A DNA stretch of 63,751 nt, the filler included, from Cercozoa sp. M6MM (taxonomy: Eukaryota > Protista > Endomyxa: Ascetosporea), in the NCBI GenBank assembly GCA_040357565.1. It is 7 parts of 7 records of this genome, joined end to end, with 100 filler letters (N's around TTAATTAATTAA, not from the genome) between each part and the next. Parts side by side here need not be neighbours in the genome. Positions count along the whole stretch, not along the records: positions 34,843 to 57,471 come from JBDODJ010000181.1; positions 57,572 to 62,042 come from JBDODJ010001130.1; 5 more parts are not named here. The stretch is one strand, 5' to 3'. Of this stretch, positions 44,491 through 57,638 are shown piece by piece. The stretch's first letter is position 1. Each line of letters starts with the position of its first letter. The notes under the pieces are model-generated. The model was not told the origin of the DNA and searched no databases. It saw only the letters and a list, made by a program, of their open reading frames with translations. The translations under genes were made by a program, and so were the position numbers.

Positions 44491-44749
44491 TAGCACACCT
44501 CTGCGCGCTCTTGCAATTGCTAAAAAGTAGTTTAAGCTTTAAATATAAACGCTGGCTACTTCTATACAAACTCAGACCTGCCCTAACACGAGTATCCTGC
44601 ACTGTAAGCGTGTCAGAACAGCGTGGAAGCAGCTATTGGTTTCTGTGCTGCGATCTGCATTGGTGTCGTTGAGCGGTATCTTCTGATCATGCAGCAATGT
44701 GTAAGAGATACGTGAGGGCTTGAGAGACGCCTTTGTTTTTGCTGGGCAG

Positions 44750-46361
44750 ATGCAGCCGTCGCTGCACGTGCTCGAGCACGACATTCGGACAGACCTAGAA
44801 CGGCAGTGGTACAGGATACACGAGTTGAGGAGGAAGCTGCCGCCTTCGTTCGTATCGCAGCGGAAAGCTCGCGTGCCGGAAGCAGTGCATCACGTGTTTC
44901 AGCGGCACGACGCGCGTCTTCGCGAAATTCTCGCGGCCGGACGAATTCTGCCGAAATTTCGCTCGAACTTTCCGTTGCTCGAGTTTGCGTCGTCACTGTC
45001 GGAAAGCTTTGCAAGCGAGGAAAGCTTTGCAAGCGACGTGCCTCACGAAGAGTCGCACAAAGAGTTGCACAAAGAGTCGCACAAAGAGTCGCACAAAGAG
45101 TTGCACGAAAAGTCGCCGATTCCGATCTCACCGCCGCTGTCGGCGACGAGCGACGTCAATGAGTCGCGCGAAACCGATTTTTCACTGCCGAAATTGCCGG
45201 AACGAAGTCGAAGCGACGCAGTTTCGACTCGTTCGCTTTCGCGACAGAGCGAAGCGCCGTCGGAGAACTCGCGAATCTCGGTGCTCACGCAGCGTGTGCG
45301 TGAAAGCATCGAGAACATCGACGAAGCGCTGAGTTGCGACGACTCTGCGACGAAAACTTCGATCGAAGCAGAAGCGACAAGGCGCGATGAAACCGCTTCG
45401 CCAGTCGCCGGAAGAGAAACTTCGCAAAACGTGCCGTCACTGCCATCGGCGCCAGTTTCGGCCGAAACGAGGCAAAAGTGCTCGACATTGCTCCTTGTGC
45501 TGCTGTCGTTTCTCGCCTTTCTCGTGTGCTCTGTCTCGGGTGCTGTGGCCATGTGGCACTACCACAGAATAGCTTCGCCTGTGTTTTCACAAGAAACGCC
45601 GCCTCCCTTGCAAGAAACGCCTCCGTCGCTGCAAGAAACGCCTCCTGTACCGGTGTCTAACCCATGGAGACCAAGTCCATTCACGACCCACGTCGCCTAC
45701 GTTCCAACGCTCATGTGCGCCGCTTTCAGCGACAGTTTCGTCTCGCAGGTGCGTGCTCTGGAACGTTTGGAGCGAGAGAAACGCGCCGTCGTTCTTGTCG
45801 ACAGCGACACGCAGTGTGCGCCCTTTGGTAGCCTTGCTTGGCAGCTTTGCTTGAAAGCTTTGAAAGCTTCTTACTCTGAAAGCTTTGCTTTGAATTGAAA
45901 GCTTCTTACTCTGAAAGCTTTGCTTTGAACTATGATGTGAAAGCTCCTGTACTGTGCTAACAACTGTAGGTGCCGAGTGGCGCTTGTGGCGACAAGAACT
46001 CCGCCGTCAGTGGCAACTCGAGCGCGATGAGCTCGATCGGCGAAACGCTCGCAACGCAACGCCCACCGACGAAAACGACGAGACTCACAACGAAAACGAC
46101 AAAACTCGCAACGAAAGCAACGAAACTCGCAACCAAAACAACAAAACGCGCGACGAAGCAAGTAAAGCAGGCGCTAGTGATGACGATAAAGGCGAAGAAT
46201 CCGAGGAAAGTGATACCAAAGGTCACGAAAGCAGCGAGAGAAACCAGCGCGAACAAGGCGTCACTTTGATTGATGAGACCGTGCCGCAGGTGTGGCTGCG
46301 TCTGTCGCCCTTCTTTGCCGTGTTTACTGGCGCCGCATCCTTTGTCTTGTTTGGGTTATGA
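44750..46361 (+). CDS. hypothetical two-TM membrane protein, low complexity
   Basis: ~1.08-kb first exon plus one GT-AG intron (~45828-45969, containing a 35-bp tandem duplication); hydrophobic segments LLLVLLSFLAFLVCSVSGAVAMW and C-terminal FFAVFTGAASFVLFGL. Confidence 0.6.
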
Positions 46362-46757
46362 CCCTCCGCACGCGACGTAACTTAACGAACTACCCTAACG
46401 TAAACTACGGGCCTCCGTTGCGTTATCGTATGCAGCTGGTACGATACCGTACACGACACAGACACGACATACGTTACGTACGACGCGACTGGCAGAGGTG
46501 AAGAAAGCACAAACTGGGCCTGGCACAGAGCTTAATTAAGCACAAAGCTGAACGTCAAGGAGTCTTAACTCTCGATTTGAACTACTGGTAACGTCAACTA
46601 CAACTGACAGAGCTGGGCCGCGATGGTTCTCAGTACTCCGCGCGGATACGGTATCGATCGAACATCTTGTTTTCTCTGAATGAAGTCACCACGTCGATCC
46701 TTGAGAACGAACGTCAAACCACTCGCTAGAGCGTGCTGACAGTAGTTTCGTGTTTCT

Positions 46758-48309
46758 ATGGGATTCTCAGGCTACAGCGGTACCGAAACCTTTTGAGTTC
46801 AGTTTAGCTGAACTTCCAGTTAAGCTGCTTTTAAATTTACAATGACAAATTCAGTACAATGATTGTTGGTTTAAACAGACAGGAGAGATCTTCTACTCCA
46901 TGTGCTTGGAGGCGGAATTGGTGCAGTTTCGGCCGTCATGTGTTTGTTGATGATGTACATTCACTTGCGATTCCCGTATCTTCATCGAAAGAGCATTGTT
47001 GTAAACTCTCCAACTGAACTAAACTTGTAAAGAAAAATGTGACCTCACACTGTAGGTCAAGATGCTGTTAACAAACTCATACTTTGACTTTATCCACGAA
47101 CTTGGGTGCCATGTTTCCTTTCAGTTTTTCATTCCATTGTTGTTCGGAACGTTGTGTTCCCGTAGTTGGGTGTGGGGACCCTTATTCTCCGAAGATCACC
47201 GCGATGGTAGAAAAGCGTGGGAGCCTTTCTGTACTATTCAGGCGACATGCTTCACACTGTGCCGTGTTCAACCTTGTATTGCGAGTTCTCACATATGATA
47301 ACAATCGAGCAGGTCGGTGATGTCTGCCTGGTGGACGACATGCATCGCGTTGGAGACACTTCGCATGGTCAAGTGGCCCTTGGTCCGAATAAACGAAAAA
47401 ACGCGCTTTCGCTGCTTTCTCGCTTTCACTTGTGGTGTTGGTATCATTTGCGGCACTGGAAGCATAGTTCGAGGTCACACAGGATCAGTAGAACTTCATT
47501 GCTGGATCACAAATCTGTCGGCGAGAATATACTTCTTCTTCCTGTAAGGACAAATGTACGCTCCAGTATTTTACAGGTGCTCATGTTGTTACTCTTCTGA
47601 AGCTGGCTGTTTGCGGCCTACATATTAGACGTCGTGCTGCTCGTCTTGTTTATCAAGGCAACGTACCAACTCGAGCCTGCCACTAGAGAAAGCGCGGGGG
47701 TCCTTCAGGGTACAACAATAAATACCAACTGTTTAATCCTTTTCCTATGTCAGTTTTGCAGTGGCAAAGAAGCTTGCCTTGATCGTGGCGTCAGACCTCG
47801 TGACCTTTAGTGCAATGGTGAGTTTGAATACGACTGGAAGTTGAGCTGAACGCTGTTATTCCCTCCACTGGCAGGCAGCAACTCGAAACATGGACATCTG
47901 GGGACGCAAAGTGCCTTTTTGGTTGGGCGGCATCTTGCTCTCAATTCTGACCCCAGCTCAGGGTGGCATCAACGTGTGCCTCTACGTTTGGGTACTTTCC
48001 CGCAGCTATTAGCAACTTGATGTGATTTAGAGTGGCGAGGTATGGAGTCTGCACGATCAGACAAGCAAGGCACTCAAGAGAACATTGAGTCGTGTCTTGC
48101 TCTGTGAGGTGTCTTTTTTTTGTCTTAACTCAATTTACATTTGTCCGATACCAACTGATCAACTGCACCTTCTTTTAACAGAGAGTCGACGCGGACTCTG
48201 TGTTTGCAGTTTCAGTTCCAACATCAGAGACGCAACTGAACACTCTCACCGAACGAAGAACTCGTGTGCGCGTCGTTCGTACACAGGACACTACAACGTG
48301 ACGATGTAG
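46758..48309 (+). CDS. cAMP-receptor-like / GCR1-type 7TM GPCR
   Basis: TM1 VLGGGIGAVSAVMCLLMM, FCTIQA...SAWWTTCIA (TM3), HCWI (ECL2), LTPAQGGINVCLY (TM7). Confidence 0.8.
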
Positions 48310-48579
48310 TGACTCTACTGGCAAGTAAAGTGGCAACACACTGTATTTCCATTAAATTAACGTAACAATGCCACACATCCGACTGGCTAAAACTACCGAG
48401 AAACTGACAAAGAGTGTCAATTCTCCGGTGACAGCGCACTTCGGAAAGCTTCAAACTCCGAGAAACTGACAAAGAACCTGCCGAACCTGTCTCTCGCAAC
48501 AAGTGTAAAGCCAGAAACCTCTCTTCCTCTCTGCAGAACTCTCTTGCTAAAACGCGACTCTGAATTCAACTTCCCGAAC

Positions 48580-50674
48580 ATGAAATTTAAACTGAAACTG
48601 ACAACAGCAGTAACTGTGCTTGCCTTGCCTTGGCATGCAGCGGCACAAGAAATGGCACCCCCGTAAGTTCTACTCAGTTGGTTTAAATTCATAGCATATT
48701 GCATTTTGATATGTTTAGTCTCGGCATGGTGCTACAACAGACGCCTGACTTGCAGACTCTCTTCAACCTGCTCGGCTCTCAAGGAGTCGGAGCCGAACTG
48801 GCGCCGTTCGTGGCCAAGTTCGGTCAGATCGTCGTGTTTGCGCCAGAGTTAGTTTCTTCATTAAATGTGTCTACAGAATTAAAGTGTACCTGTTTGGGCA
48901 GCAACAATGCATTCGAAAAATTCGGAAAACTCGTGCTGCCATCACAACTGACACTGGCCGATGTGCTTCGTTACCACGTGGCACCGATCAGTGTCGGCAC
49001 ACTAGACGACTTTGTGCCACAGAACGGTGACCCCGTCTTCCTGGTACGCTTGTTGTGTTTCACACCCTTGCAGTCTAAGGGGTTCCTTAAATCAACAGTC
49101 GACGTTGGCTCGAATCCCGTGTGAACTGTTGCTGCCATTCCCGGATGATAGGGAGGACCTCAAGCGAAAGGGACTCGCTCTCCTGGACGACAGTGCTAGT
49201 AGTGAAGATTACGAAAACTACCAATACTACGGCGATGCACAGTACGTCTGTCACGCTGCCGTGTCGGCCGACTTTGCGCGGTGTCGGGATCGCCGGCAAG
49301 ACGAGCAGTGGCTCGAACTGGCGCAGTTCACGCACCCCGAAGACCTCGTCTGCGCCACCACAGCCAAACGCGAGTGTTTTGGTACTGTGTCTGTAGCACC
49401 TCTAAGTAATATCTACAACCTAATATGTACAGATAAATCTAAAATTATATATACAACATATAAATAGATACAAATAAATCTAAAATTATATCTATACGTA
49501 TAAATAGATATCGATAATATGTATATCGATCGACACTGCATTTATTGTGCTTGTTTTACAGACCTGTACGCGCAACAATACGTCGACGAGCACCTCTGCG
49601 GCGGCTGCCTAGACGTACTACACACCCTAGTGATTCAGTTGTTGGACACAGCACACCCTTGCCATACAGGCTGCCTACAAGTGCCCGGTGACCTTCTGTG
49701 ACCCCAAGGTAAAGTACAACGACTACCTATACCCGGACGAGCATCCCGACGACACCAACGGCGACACTGAGGAGAGCGAGGAGTACGAGGAGCACGATGG
49801 CGACCACGGTGGGGATCAAGAGTACCCGGACGATCAGGGCGGTCACAATGACGGTACCGACGGTGGTCACAATGACGGTCACACCGATGGTCACAATGAC
49901 GGATACCCACCGGTCACTGGGCCGACTCCTTCCAACACACCATACCCGGTATTAAATCGACTAATATCAACTGACACACAAACAAATACATCTACGTATA
50001 CATATACATATACATATAAATAATATATATATATATATATACATATACATACTTACATAAATATATATATATATACATATATATGTATATATATATATAT
50101 ATATATTACGTATGTGTAGTCTGCATATATATATATATCGTATGTTTATAAACTGCAGAGCACGCAAGCGCCGTCCAAAATGTGGCCTTCGCCGGCCGAC
50201 GGAAGCGACGGCAAGTGCGCCGCGCGCATCCGGCTGCAGCGCGTCTCGCCAGGAGCACGTCTCATCGTTATCAATGGGTAGTACTACTCTGACCTGTGCA
50301 GTACTCCTGGTGTTTACTTATCTCTCTCTCTCTCTCTCTCTCTCTGCAACAGAATGCCGGGCATGGCGCAAGCCGAGATCAACGTGAGCGACAACGAACT
50401 CAAGGTGCAGGAGGGCCTCGTGCTACGAGTGTCCTCGGTGCTCGAGATGCGACTCAACGCAACGGCACTCATGGATGGCGATGGACAGTCCGGCAATGAA
50501 CAGCCAGCCGTGCGGCACGATGATAACAACAGCAATAGCAACGCCAACAACAACGACGACTCCAACGAACGCGATGTACAGGGGCCCGCCTCCTCGGCTC
50601 AATCGCTGGTGCTCGGTGCCTCCTCGCTCACACTCGCTGTCCTCGCTAACCTCCTGCTGTCCGAGTCGCTCTAA
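48580..50674 (+). CDS. secreted fasciclin (FAS1) domain protein with probable GPI-anchor or TM tail
   Basis: Signal-peptide-like MKFKLKLTTAVTVLALPWHAAAQE; H1 VVFAPSNNAF, LRYHV; His/Asp repeats GHNDG; H2-like EGLVLRVSSVL; hydrophobic C-terminus. Confidence 0.75.
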
Positions 50675-50962
50675 AACTCCCAACTCATGTTGTTAAATCT
50701 TGTGTCAATGCTGCTAACTGAAACTACTACTGATCAGTTCAAAGTTTCAGTTCTTTTGTTTAGTTTAAATTGAGTAACCTCAACTGAAGCCAACTGACAG
50801 TTTCAGTTTAGCGCGTGTCTGCGCCAAGTCCACCATCGAGGTTGACAGGCAGTGTCAACAAGACTAATACTGATCTCAAAGACACTGGCTGTCCCGTATA
50901 TGTACGTCGCCAAGTATACATTTACACATTCAGACTGACTCGGTCATAGCAAACAGACAGAC

Positions 50963-53008
50963 ATGCATCAAAGCGCGTCGGACTTGTTGCCGCAGCTCGT
51001 ATTTTCTCTCGCGCTTACAGTATCTAGATAAGAGAGTGTCTGAACAGTGGCGAGCCAAGGCCTCGACTTTGCTGAAGCAAGGTTCGACAACAGCGAGTAT
51101 TCTGATTGGAACCGGAATGTTGCTGCTGTGCTTTGTCGTAATCGTCTTCGCGGTGGCGGTGCTGATGGGTGGCCAGATGTTGTTGGATCTGTTGTTCGTG
51201 CTGCTGTTGGTGTGCGCTCAAGGCTTGCTGATCTTGGGAGGCTTTTGGTACCTCTACTGCCGAGCGACGCGGATTCCGTGCCTCGTCACTTCGAAACACT
51301 ACTTCTTGCTCATGGTAAACCACATTTAAGTTGCATGTAAGGACATGGCAGTCGGAACTGCTTGAGCAGGGACTTGGAGCAGCGTGGCCGTTAGCGATGA
51401 CAATTTTTGGTTCGGTGCTTCCCGATCCGCTCTACTTTGTCGCCTTTGGCGCAGCGCTGTAAGCTGCAGTTTCTTGATCCCCGCCCCCTCGATCTGTCTG
51501 CCAGAGAGCACCTGTTTTTTGAACGCGTCTGTACTCAGCCTCGTATTGTCGACGGTTCTGCTCGGCATCGTCTTCGTCTGGTACTCGAGAGAGTCTCGTA
51601 TTCGCCAGAAGGGCGCCTGGCTCTACTCGTGCCTGACTGGCTTCGCGCCAATGCCTCAGTAAGCCCAGTTTGGATGATGATGAATCGTCAGTGTACTTGG
51701 GCTCGGGTCAGTTCGAAACTGTACGGTCGTTTAGCTTTGACGTTATGGAGGCAACGACCTACCAGAGCGACGAACTCGATCCGTTCGCTCAAAGTCGCGC
51801 ACTTCGTTGGCTTTTCCTCGCTCGCGGAATGCTGCGTACACCTTCTCTCCGTTTTTTAACTGTTTACTTTCTTTACCTGCTATACGTTACTGCAGTGGCC
51901 ACGGGATTCTGGTTCCTATTCGTTGGCATTGCACGCCACTTGGTGCCGACCTCGTTCTGGACAGGACTGGGCCGATTATTCCTGCACCATCTACTCGGTG
52001 CCGCACTCGGAGGTACCGCTTGGTTTCCGCCGGCTATACATTTAACTATTTAACTGGGCTCTTTTCAACGGTGATTCGCCTTAATGACCGCCAGAGGAAC
52101 TGGGCAAGCTGTGTGCCGCTGCGGCCGTCGTCGTGTGCTTCCGCTACCGCAAGCTGCGTCAGGTGTTCCCTGTAGCCGCTTTCGTCTGTGGCGCCATCAT
52201 GGGCCTCAACGAGAACTACTTGTACATCCTCTTGGCGCCGTCGGAAACCTCGCTGATCGCTCAGTTTGGAGTGATTCGCATGCTAACCTCACTCTGGCAG
52301 TAACTCTGTGGAATCTCTCTGTTTTACAGGTCATGATTTATTTCATGTGCAGCTCCTGTTCTCCGACCACCATTGTCCTGGCTCATGCGTAAAAACTAAA
52401 ATTAAGAGTTTCAACCGAAACGAAAAAACTACCGGTTCTCGTATGCCTGCAGAAACTTCGGTGTAAAAGGCAGCGCTCTAACCTTCGTGGTGCAGGTCTT
52501 CCTGCATGCGGCAGGCAACTCCATCATTTCCAGCGGACTGGGTGGTAAATTGTCGCAAGCGAGGACCACTTTAACACAGTATCCGCCTGTGTACTATATG
52601 CTTAAACTGTAGTTTTGCTCTACGTTCTCGTCTGGATGCCGCTGGAACTCGCACTAAACATCTACGTCATTGTGCGCTGGTGGAAACGCCTCGAACTTAT
52701 CGCCATGTCTGACACTGCCAACTATCTGCAGGGTATTGTACCGCATCCACAACCGTACAGTAGTGCCGATGAGTTAATTCACAGTACGCGTGTTTGTGTT
52801 AGAGCACACCAAAGTTCTGGAACTCCTGTGCGCCAACTCGAAACTGCCCGATGCTGACGTGCGCATCCGCGAGTTCATCGAGCAGCACAAGAGCGTCACA
52901 GTGCCTGCAGCGATGCCAACTGACGTCGAGGCGCACCTCCTGTCGCATGCTCCGCCACCAGCAGCTCCAGAACTCGAACCTACGCATCTACCTGAGGAGT
53001 CTGCTTAA
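50963..53008 (+). CDS. PrsW-like (CPBP superfamily) intramembrane protease
   Basis: Multi-TM; spliced motifs GAALGEELGK (EExxK), GAIMGLNENYLY (ENxxY), VFLHAAGN (HxxxN). Confidence 0.7.
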
Positions 53009-53118
53009 ACCACCGCTGTTACGTTTACATGCCTTTGGCCTGCAGGAGCAGGGATTTGGATTAAATTACTGTAAAACTGCCTTTCAGTTCCAGATCTGGA
53101 GTGGGTCTCGACTTCGGT

Positions 53119-54807
53119 TCAACTGTCTTCCTCGGGTGTTTCGGCTTCCTCTTGTTCAGCAGCTTTACGAGCCTCCTCTTCTTCTTCTGCCGCCTTTCGC
53201 GCGTCTTCTACTTTCTTCAGGCACAAGGCGTGTGCAGCACGAACGAACCCGACAATCGTCTTTGCTTCGACGTCCTCCTCAAAGTCGTCGTCACTCAAGT
53301 CTAATGTACATGCCTCCGGTGACACTTTACTAGAGTTTCTACTGTGCCCTATGCTTTTATCGTACCTGTGACAACGGAGACTGATTCATGCATTGGAGCA
53401 GCGACAGAGTCCAACGTAACCTGGGCAAACCTGTCGCTGATTGAATCTGCAAGTTTCGAGAGATTTCGCCACACGACAAAGTCGCCGATGACGCTGTCGC
53501 TGGTGTCGACTCCAAGCAGCTTCGCCAACAAAGCAAGAGCCTTCGCTTGAGCGAAAGAGCGCAATACTGGAGCTTTCATTCCTTCGCACACAGTTGGAAG
53601 CAACTGACTCAGGACACGACGACACACCTCAAAGTTTCGTGCCTCGTCACTGTCTTCAGCCAGTTCCGATGAAACTGCCTCTTCACTCTCTTCCTTGCTA
53701 ATCTCCGGTATCCCCTCGGCTGTCTGCGCTCTCATTCGCTGCAGCAAGAACTCTCGGCGTTCCAACGTAGCGACTTTTGCCACGAGTATCTCGCACAGAG
53801 CTCGCGCCAGGCGGCGATCGCGGCTGGTGAAATGACGGACCACGTCGCCTGGTTTCTTGCGCAAAGTGTCAAACACAAGGAGAACGACGCGATTCTCTGT
53901 TGGCAATTCAATCTCTTCCTCCTCCTCTGCTTCCTCGGACTCTGCGACTTCTTCCTCTTCGTCAGCTTCCTCTTCGTCGGCTTCCTCTTCTTCGTTCGCT
54001 TTTTCGCTTTGTTCTTCGGGCTCTGCTTCGAGCGCAATTTCTTCGGGACTGGCTTTGGACGCTTTGGCTTCGATCAGCTCGTCGAGTTCTTGCTGCAGAT
54101 CTTTTGGCAGTTTTTTGGCCTCGAGCGCCGCATTGTTCAAAATGCTGCTCCATTGTAGTTTTTCTGCCAGCAATGCACCCACTCCAGCGGAAGACGCCAA
54201 GAGCTCGACTGACTCATTGCTGGCCACTTGCTCGATGTAAATTGTCGACGGTGGAGTCGTTTCTTCGTCTTCCTCGTCTGAACTTTTCAGCAGTTGCCAC
54301 AAAACGCCTTGCTGTGGAAGAAGCACACGCTTCTTGGTTTTCGCCGCATCACCGGTGTCTCCAACGACGACGATGCCTTTCGACGCCTCAGCCGACAGCT
54401 GCAGTTCAGCTTTCATCGGCAACATCACGCCGACATCGATGTTAAACTTCTCGGCGAAAAACAAAGCTGCCTGAGTGAAGATCGCCTGCGAATCTGTCGT
54501 TTCACCTGACTCGATCGCACTGGTGAACTCAGTTTTTACGTCGCTGCTGGTTTCAAAACTGCGTCGTTTTGGAGTCTCTTCACCGCCAACCTCCGATCGA
54601 ACCCTTCGGTACTGAACTTGCTCCTGCTGGTTTCGCAGGCTATTCTGTCCAGTCCAATAAACAAGCACATGATGCCCGCGAGAAAAACAGTGAACTCACC
54701 ACTAGGAAACGAAGTGGATGCACTGGCGATAATTTTGCACAACTTGCGAGACTGCATTCCAAGTCCTCGGTCAACCCCTGCAAGACTTTCAGCTGCTCCA
54801 TGGTCAT
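53119..54807 (-). CDS. Dpy-30/RIIa-motif acidic protein, possibly flagellar (RSP2/EFCAB5-like)
   Basis: N-terminal LECSLASCAKLSPVHPLRFLVNSL resembles a Dpy-30 docking motif; long exon 53370-54643 with Glu-rich insert and VLLVFDTLR...FTSRD segment. Family call is an inference. Confidence 0.45.
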
Positions 54808-55220
54808 ACCTCAGATCTAGAGCACACTCACACGTTTTGATGAACTGCTTTAGCTTAGTTCTTTTTGTTTTTCCAAACTTCCGCGTGGACGAACAAGTGC
54901 AAAACGCCCGTGCTGCAGTCTTAAACTGTCGTGTACCTACTAGTACAGCAACTCGACTGTGCACGGTGTGCATGCGCACGCACAGCATGGTACTGCACTG
55001 GACAGCACTGCGGAGTCCTGACGAACTCAGGCGAGGCGGAAGCGAACTGATTAGGAAAGGGAGTCAAACGAAACGAAAGCCGAGAGAGTGTTGATATTGA
55101 CACGACACGACATTTGTCAGTGACAAATTGCACTGAAGCCGAGCGAAGCAACTGACGTGAACTCGACTGACTGGGGATTAAGGAAACGAAAGCCTAGCGA
55201 GAGAGTCCAGTCGAGTCGTG

Positions 55221-57471
55221 TCAGCGCAGACGGTCTCGCATGTTCTCAATGGCCGTGACCCAGTCGGCCGCACTGCGCTCGAGTGCCTTGATCTTATAGG
55301 TCCGGTCCGGCTGCACACACAGAGAGAGTTAGTTCAGCCCTCCCTCCTACCCTTACTACCCCTCCCCCCAGTAGGTAGTACAGTAGGCAGTACCGTGCGC
55401 ACAAAAAAGTTGTCGGGATCGCGCACTTCGGCATGTGTGTCGCGCGTGAACGGCACCTCGCCCTTGAACTGCATTCTCCTGTTCAAAGGGGTAGAGGGGT
55501 AGGGGGGTAGGGGGTGAACAGGAGGGTATGATACGAGTCATCCACGTAGAAGAGTCGCGGCAGATCGGTCAGAATCAACACGCGTGTCTTGCGGAACAAG
55601 GTCCGTACACCGTCCTGGGGGAGTAAACAGGGGGGTAAACAGGGTTAAATAGAGGGTAAATAGAGGGTAAGAGGGTAAGGGCGGGGTAAACGTCATAAAC
55701 AGGGGGGTGAGAAATGGGTAAACAGGGGGGGGGGGTAAATAGGGGGGTAAACAGGGACTGAGTGAACCTTGGTGATACGGCCGTGCAGCACAATGTTCTC
55801 GTCCTGCAGACAGAACTGTCGCCACCTGTCCTCGTCCTCGTCCTCGTCCTCCTCGTCGGTCGAAGTCTCCTCCGCCTCTACCACACGGATGTGCGTGCCC
55901 TCCTCTTCCTCCTCCGCGCGGATCCTGCCGCTCCTAAGGAGTTAAGGAAGCGGGGTTAAGGGTGAGAGTTAAGGGGGTAGGGTTTAAGGGGGTGAGAGTT
56001 AAGGGGGCAAGGTTTAAGGGGGTGGGTACATGATCTCAACATCGCTGTCGACCGACGAAAACGACGGCGATTGCGTCGGCAAAGTTTCCGTCTCCGCCGC
56101 CGTCGGCATACGCCAGCCTGGCGGTGGCTACGGGGGGGGGGGGNNNNNNNNNNNNNNNNNNNNNNNNNNNNNNNNNNNNNNNNNNNNNNNNNNNNNNNNN
56201 NNNNNNNNNNNNNNNNNNNNNNNNNNNNNNNNNNNNNNNNNNNTATATAGGGGTAAATATGGGGGATAAACAGGGAGATAAACAGGGGGGGTAAATAGGG
56301 GGATAAACAGAGGGGTAAATAGGGGGATAAACAGGGGGTAAGAAGGGGGATAAGAGGGGTAAGAGAGTGGTAAATAGGGCAGTAAATAGGGCAGTAAATA
56401 GGATGATAAATCGGAGTGGCAAGAGAGGGGCAAATCGGGTGGTAAATAGGTGGGTAAAGAGGTGGGTAAAGAGGTGGGTAAAGAGGTGGGTAAATAGGGG
56501 GGTAAACCGCACCTGTTCACGTAGTCGCGCAAAGTCGATGCCTTTGAAAAAGGCGTGCCGCCGCAGCACACTGTCGTCGCAGTCGAAGCCGATGCGTCGC
56601 GTGCTCTCGCGCTGCAGCAGCGCCTCGATCAGCGTACTGGGGGGTAAGAAGGTGGTAAATAGGGGGTAAATAGGGGTGTAAATAGGGGTGTAAACAGGGA
56701 GGTAAACAGGGGTGGAAACAGGGGGTAAACAGGGGGGTAAATAGGGGTGTAAACAGGGGGGTAAATAGGGGTTAAACAGGGGGGTAAACAGGGGGGTAAA
56801 CAGGGGGGTGAATAGGGGGGTAAATAGGGGTGTAAACAGGGGTAAACAGGGGGGTAAACAGGGGGTAAACAGGGGGTAAACAGATGGGGTAAGAAGGGGG
56901 GGTAAGAAGGGGGTAAAACACAGTTACCGAGCGTCGCGCGCCTCGTCGCTGACGTCGAAAATCTCGGGCGGAAACGACATCTCGTGTGCCTAATACACAC
57001 ACCCTTAACTAATACACACCCTTAACTAATACACACACCCTTAACTAATACACACACCCTNNNNNNNNNNTTAACTAATACACACACCCTTAACTAATAC
57101 ACACACCCTTAACTAATCCCTTAATCACCTCCTTAATTGGTACCTGGATGCGCTTGAAGGTGAGGTATTCGGACCGGTCGGCAAAGGGCGGCCGTCCCAC
57201 CAGCATGTAGTACAGCACGCACCCGAGTGCCCACAGGTCGGCGCCCGCGTTGCACCGACTGTGCTTCAACAGCTCGGGAGGCACGTACCTGCCCGGGGAG
57301 GGGGGTAAAGTGGGGGGTAAAGGGGGGGTAAAATGGGAGGTAAAATGGGAGGTAAATAGGGGGTAAAATGGGAGGTAAATAGGGGGGGGGGGGGGTAGAA
57401 TGGGAGGTAAAGAGGGGGTAAGAGGGGGTAAAGAGGGGGGTAAAATGGGGGGTAAAACTACTGCGCAGTGC
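55221..57471 (-). CDS. PDK1: 3-phosphoinositide-dependent protein kinase 1 (5' partial)
   Basis: [51 protein letters not shown]; PH domain [48 protein letters not shown]. Confidence 0.93.
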
Positions 57472-57638
57472 NNNNNNNNNNNNNNNNNNNNNNNNNNNNN
57501 NNNNNNNNNNNNNNNTTAATTAATTAANNNNNNNNNNNNNNNNNNNNNNNNNNNNNNNNNNNNNNNNNNNNATTATAATAAGAGTAAATAGAAGAAGAGG
57601 ACCCGGGGGGGGGGGGGGGAAAAGTATACAGAGGATAC

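Noticed and set aside
49060-49125. tRNA (ggctcgaatcccg T-loop-like)
   Set aside because: No cloverleaf; it falls in a FAS1 gene exon/intron boundary region.
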